A stretch of 64,000 nt of DNA, from contig CAVNZM010000012.1 in the NCBI GenBank assembly GCA_963693365.1, positions 3,423,617-3,487,616 of the forward strand. The letters are read 5' to 3'. Positions 62,447 through 64,000 of this stretch are shown here, in pieces (the first letter of the stretch is position 1; each line of letters opens with the position of its first letter). This DNA comes from Amoebidium appalachense (Eukaryota; Protista; Ichthyosporea). The position numbers were made by a program, and so were the translations under genes. The notes under the pieces were generated by a model, which searched no databases, was not told where the DNA came from, and was given only the letters and a program-made list of their open reading frames with translations.

Positions 62447-62572
62447 CCGATGGGGGCGGTCCATACGTACAGCGCGAGAACCAGGACCACAATAAAGAAC
62501 AACATGAGCACGGGTTTCATTTATTGTTGCCACACAATTGATCGACGTGTCCGGGGTGCCGGCCTAGCATTC

Positions 62573-63751
62573 TTACGCATCGAGCATTGGGGCGCCCCCA
62601 GGCACGCCATGCATGCCCACGCCCATCACATCCGATTCGGTTAGGACTGGGTCGGGCGTGTCGGGTAGATTGAAGGCTCCCGCGTCTGCGCCGCTCGCAG
62701 GCCCGCCGAACAAGTTCTGCCCCAAATGTGCAATGGACTCATCGAATTCTCCGGCATCGGGCAGGTCGGCGCCTTCGGTGCTTCGCTCCGATGGGTTGCC
62801 CATTCTGACCACCTCGCGCTCCAGCTTCTCGAGGTCGTCGCGCACGGCCTGCAGCCTCACAACATAGCTAAACGCCGGCTTCATTTTCAACATGCTGTCG
62901 ATTGCCGCCGTGGCGTTCTTAATCAGCTTGCGGCACTTGCTCAGCAGCTCGTGCGAAAGGCGGAGCTGGCTGGTTATGGACCTGTTGATGGGTCCAAACG
63001 AGGGCGGTGCTACGGACAGATCGAGGCTTTGGTTGAAGGGGTACACATCCTTGTCGCGCACGTGCTTTCGATAGAGGGGTGAGCTGAAGAGCTGGTTGCG
63101 CAGATTCTTCGTGATGCGCAGGTATGTGGCGGCCAGTGACTTGTAGACGGCCAGTCGCTTCAGCAGTTGCTCTGCCCCGATGTTGATCTGGTTCTGGGCC
63201 GCGTTGTTCAAGAAGGCTTCCTTGGCTGCCTTGGTCACCTCTCCCAGGTCCGTGTCGTCGGGCTCGATCTTCATGTCGTCGGCCTTCTTCTTGAGCGACT
63301 TGAACTCGTCCTGGAGGGCGTTGATGTCCTCCGACAGCTTGTTGTCGATGTACTGCTTGGCGAGAATCTTGGCGTTGGTCTTGATCTTGTTGAGGTGCAG
63401 GTCGATCCGCGCCATCATCTCAGCTTGGCTCGCCGCGTGCCCCGTAGCCAGCGGCAGCACCTTGCCCACCGCCTCGAGCTTCTTCTTCTGGTGGTCAAGC
63501 AGCTCCTTGGTCGACACGTGGGTGCGCTCCTTTCGCTTTAGGTCCTCGACATACGCCGCTTTACTTTTCTTGGCCTGGTGCTTGACCAGCGCCTGGTGCT
63601 CCTTGATTTTACGCTTCTTGCCGGCCACATCCCTCGCCATCTCCCTCGCAAACGCGGCTTTGCTTTCCACGGGCTTGTCCAAGTCCCCCCACATCTTGAA
63701 ACGGTCGCGGGGCTGTTTCAGCGCCGCCTCCACATTCTGCGCTCGGTTCAT
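62573..63751 (-). CDS. Lys-rich coiled-coil protein
   Basis: 392 aa ORF. Confidence 0.75.
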   Translation of the reverse strand: MNRAQNVEAALKQPRDRFKMWGDLDKPVESKAAFAREMARDVAGKKRKIKEHQALVKHQAKKSKAAYVEDLKRKERTHVSTKELLDHQKKKLEAVGKVLPLATGHAASQAEMMARIDLHLNKIKTNAKILAKQYIDNKLSEDINALQDEFKSLKKKADDMKIEPDDTDLGEVTKAAKEAFLNNAAQNQINIGAEQLLKRLAVYKSLAATYLRITKNLRNQLFSSPLYRKHVRDKDVYPFNQSLDLSVAPPSFGPINRSITSQLRLSHELLSKCRKLIKNATAAIDSMLKMKPAFSYVVRLQAVRDDLEKLEREVVRMGNPSERSTEGADLPDAGEFDESIAHLGQNLFGGPASGADAGAFNLPDTPDPVLTESDVMGVGMHGVPGGAPMLDA

Positions 63752-63799
63752 GTATGATGGTACCCCTATAATATGAAACTGGCGCCCCAGACCGGCGAT

Positions 63800-64000
63800 T
63801 TATGACGCCCCAACCCCGTCCCTCCGGTACGTGGATCCCATGACCCCCCCCCCGGTCCAACTCACGTCTGGGTCCACGAAACCCGCCAACGCCACACTCG
63901 CCGCCATATCGCGAACGCGCGTCTGCAGCTCCGCGAGTTTTCCGTACAGCGCATCCCAAAACGCCTTCTCTCGGTGGTACTCGCGGTTTCGCCTTTCCAT
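63800..64000 (-). CDS. Hypothetical protein, probably truncated by the window end
   Basis: Open to the window edge. Confidence 0.4.
   Translation of the reverse strand: MERRNREYHREKAFWDALYGKLAELQTRVRDMAASVALAGFVDPDVSWTGGGVMGSTYRRDGVGAS

Noticed and set aside
33000-64000. Many long antisense or alternate-frame ORFs (e.g. 58290-59402, 52366-53226, 59998-60846)
   Set aside because: These are shadows of GC3-rich real genes.
1-64000. tRNA/rRNA genes, DNA polymerase, RNA polymerase, A32 ATPase, transposase
   Set aside because: No recognisable motifs were seen in this window. This says nothing about the rest of the genome.

Overview
This window is a GC-rich segment of a giant dsDNA virus (Nucleocytoviricota), either a free virus or an endogenised one; the sequence cannot distinguish these. 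Hallmark genes: double-jelly-roll major capsid protein (58296-59576), VLTF3, A22/RuvC-like Holliday junction resolvase, Erv1/Alr oxidase, YqaJ exonuclease, SWIB, Nudix, a pox A16/G9/J5-like entry protein and two penton-like minor capsid proteins. The first 5.8 kb is a large imperfect inverted repeat around a repeat-rich spacer, possibly a genome end or a fold-back read. The left ~40 kb is accessory. It has host-Pol-II-like promoters (CCAAT clusters, CRE, TATA, AATAAA), four unrelated CCAAT-bearing tandem arrays, a shuffled KilA/Bro-like family, an SF3 helicase followed by an iteron-like origin, an LPMO-like protein, lectins, an aquaporin and proteases. 41.9-49.1 kb holds a putative modular fibre locus: three paralogous multi-lectin heads and a 13-aa-repeat stalk. 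The right ~15 kb is a compact core/late gene block. Many genes carry frameshifts, often at homopolymers, from long-read error or decay. All assignments come from motif recognition by eye, not database searches.
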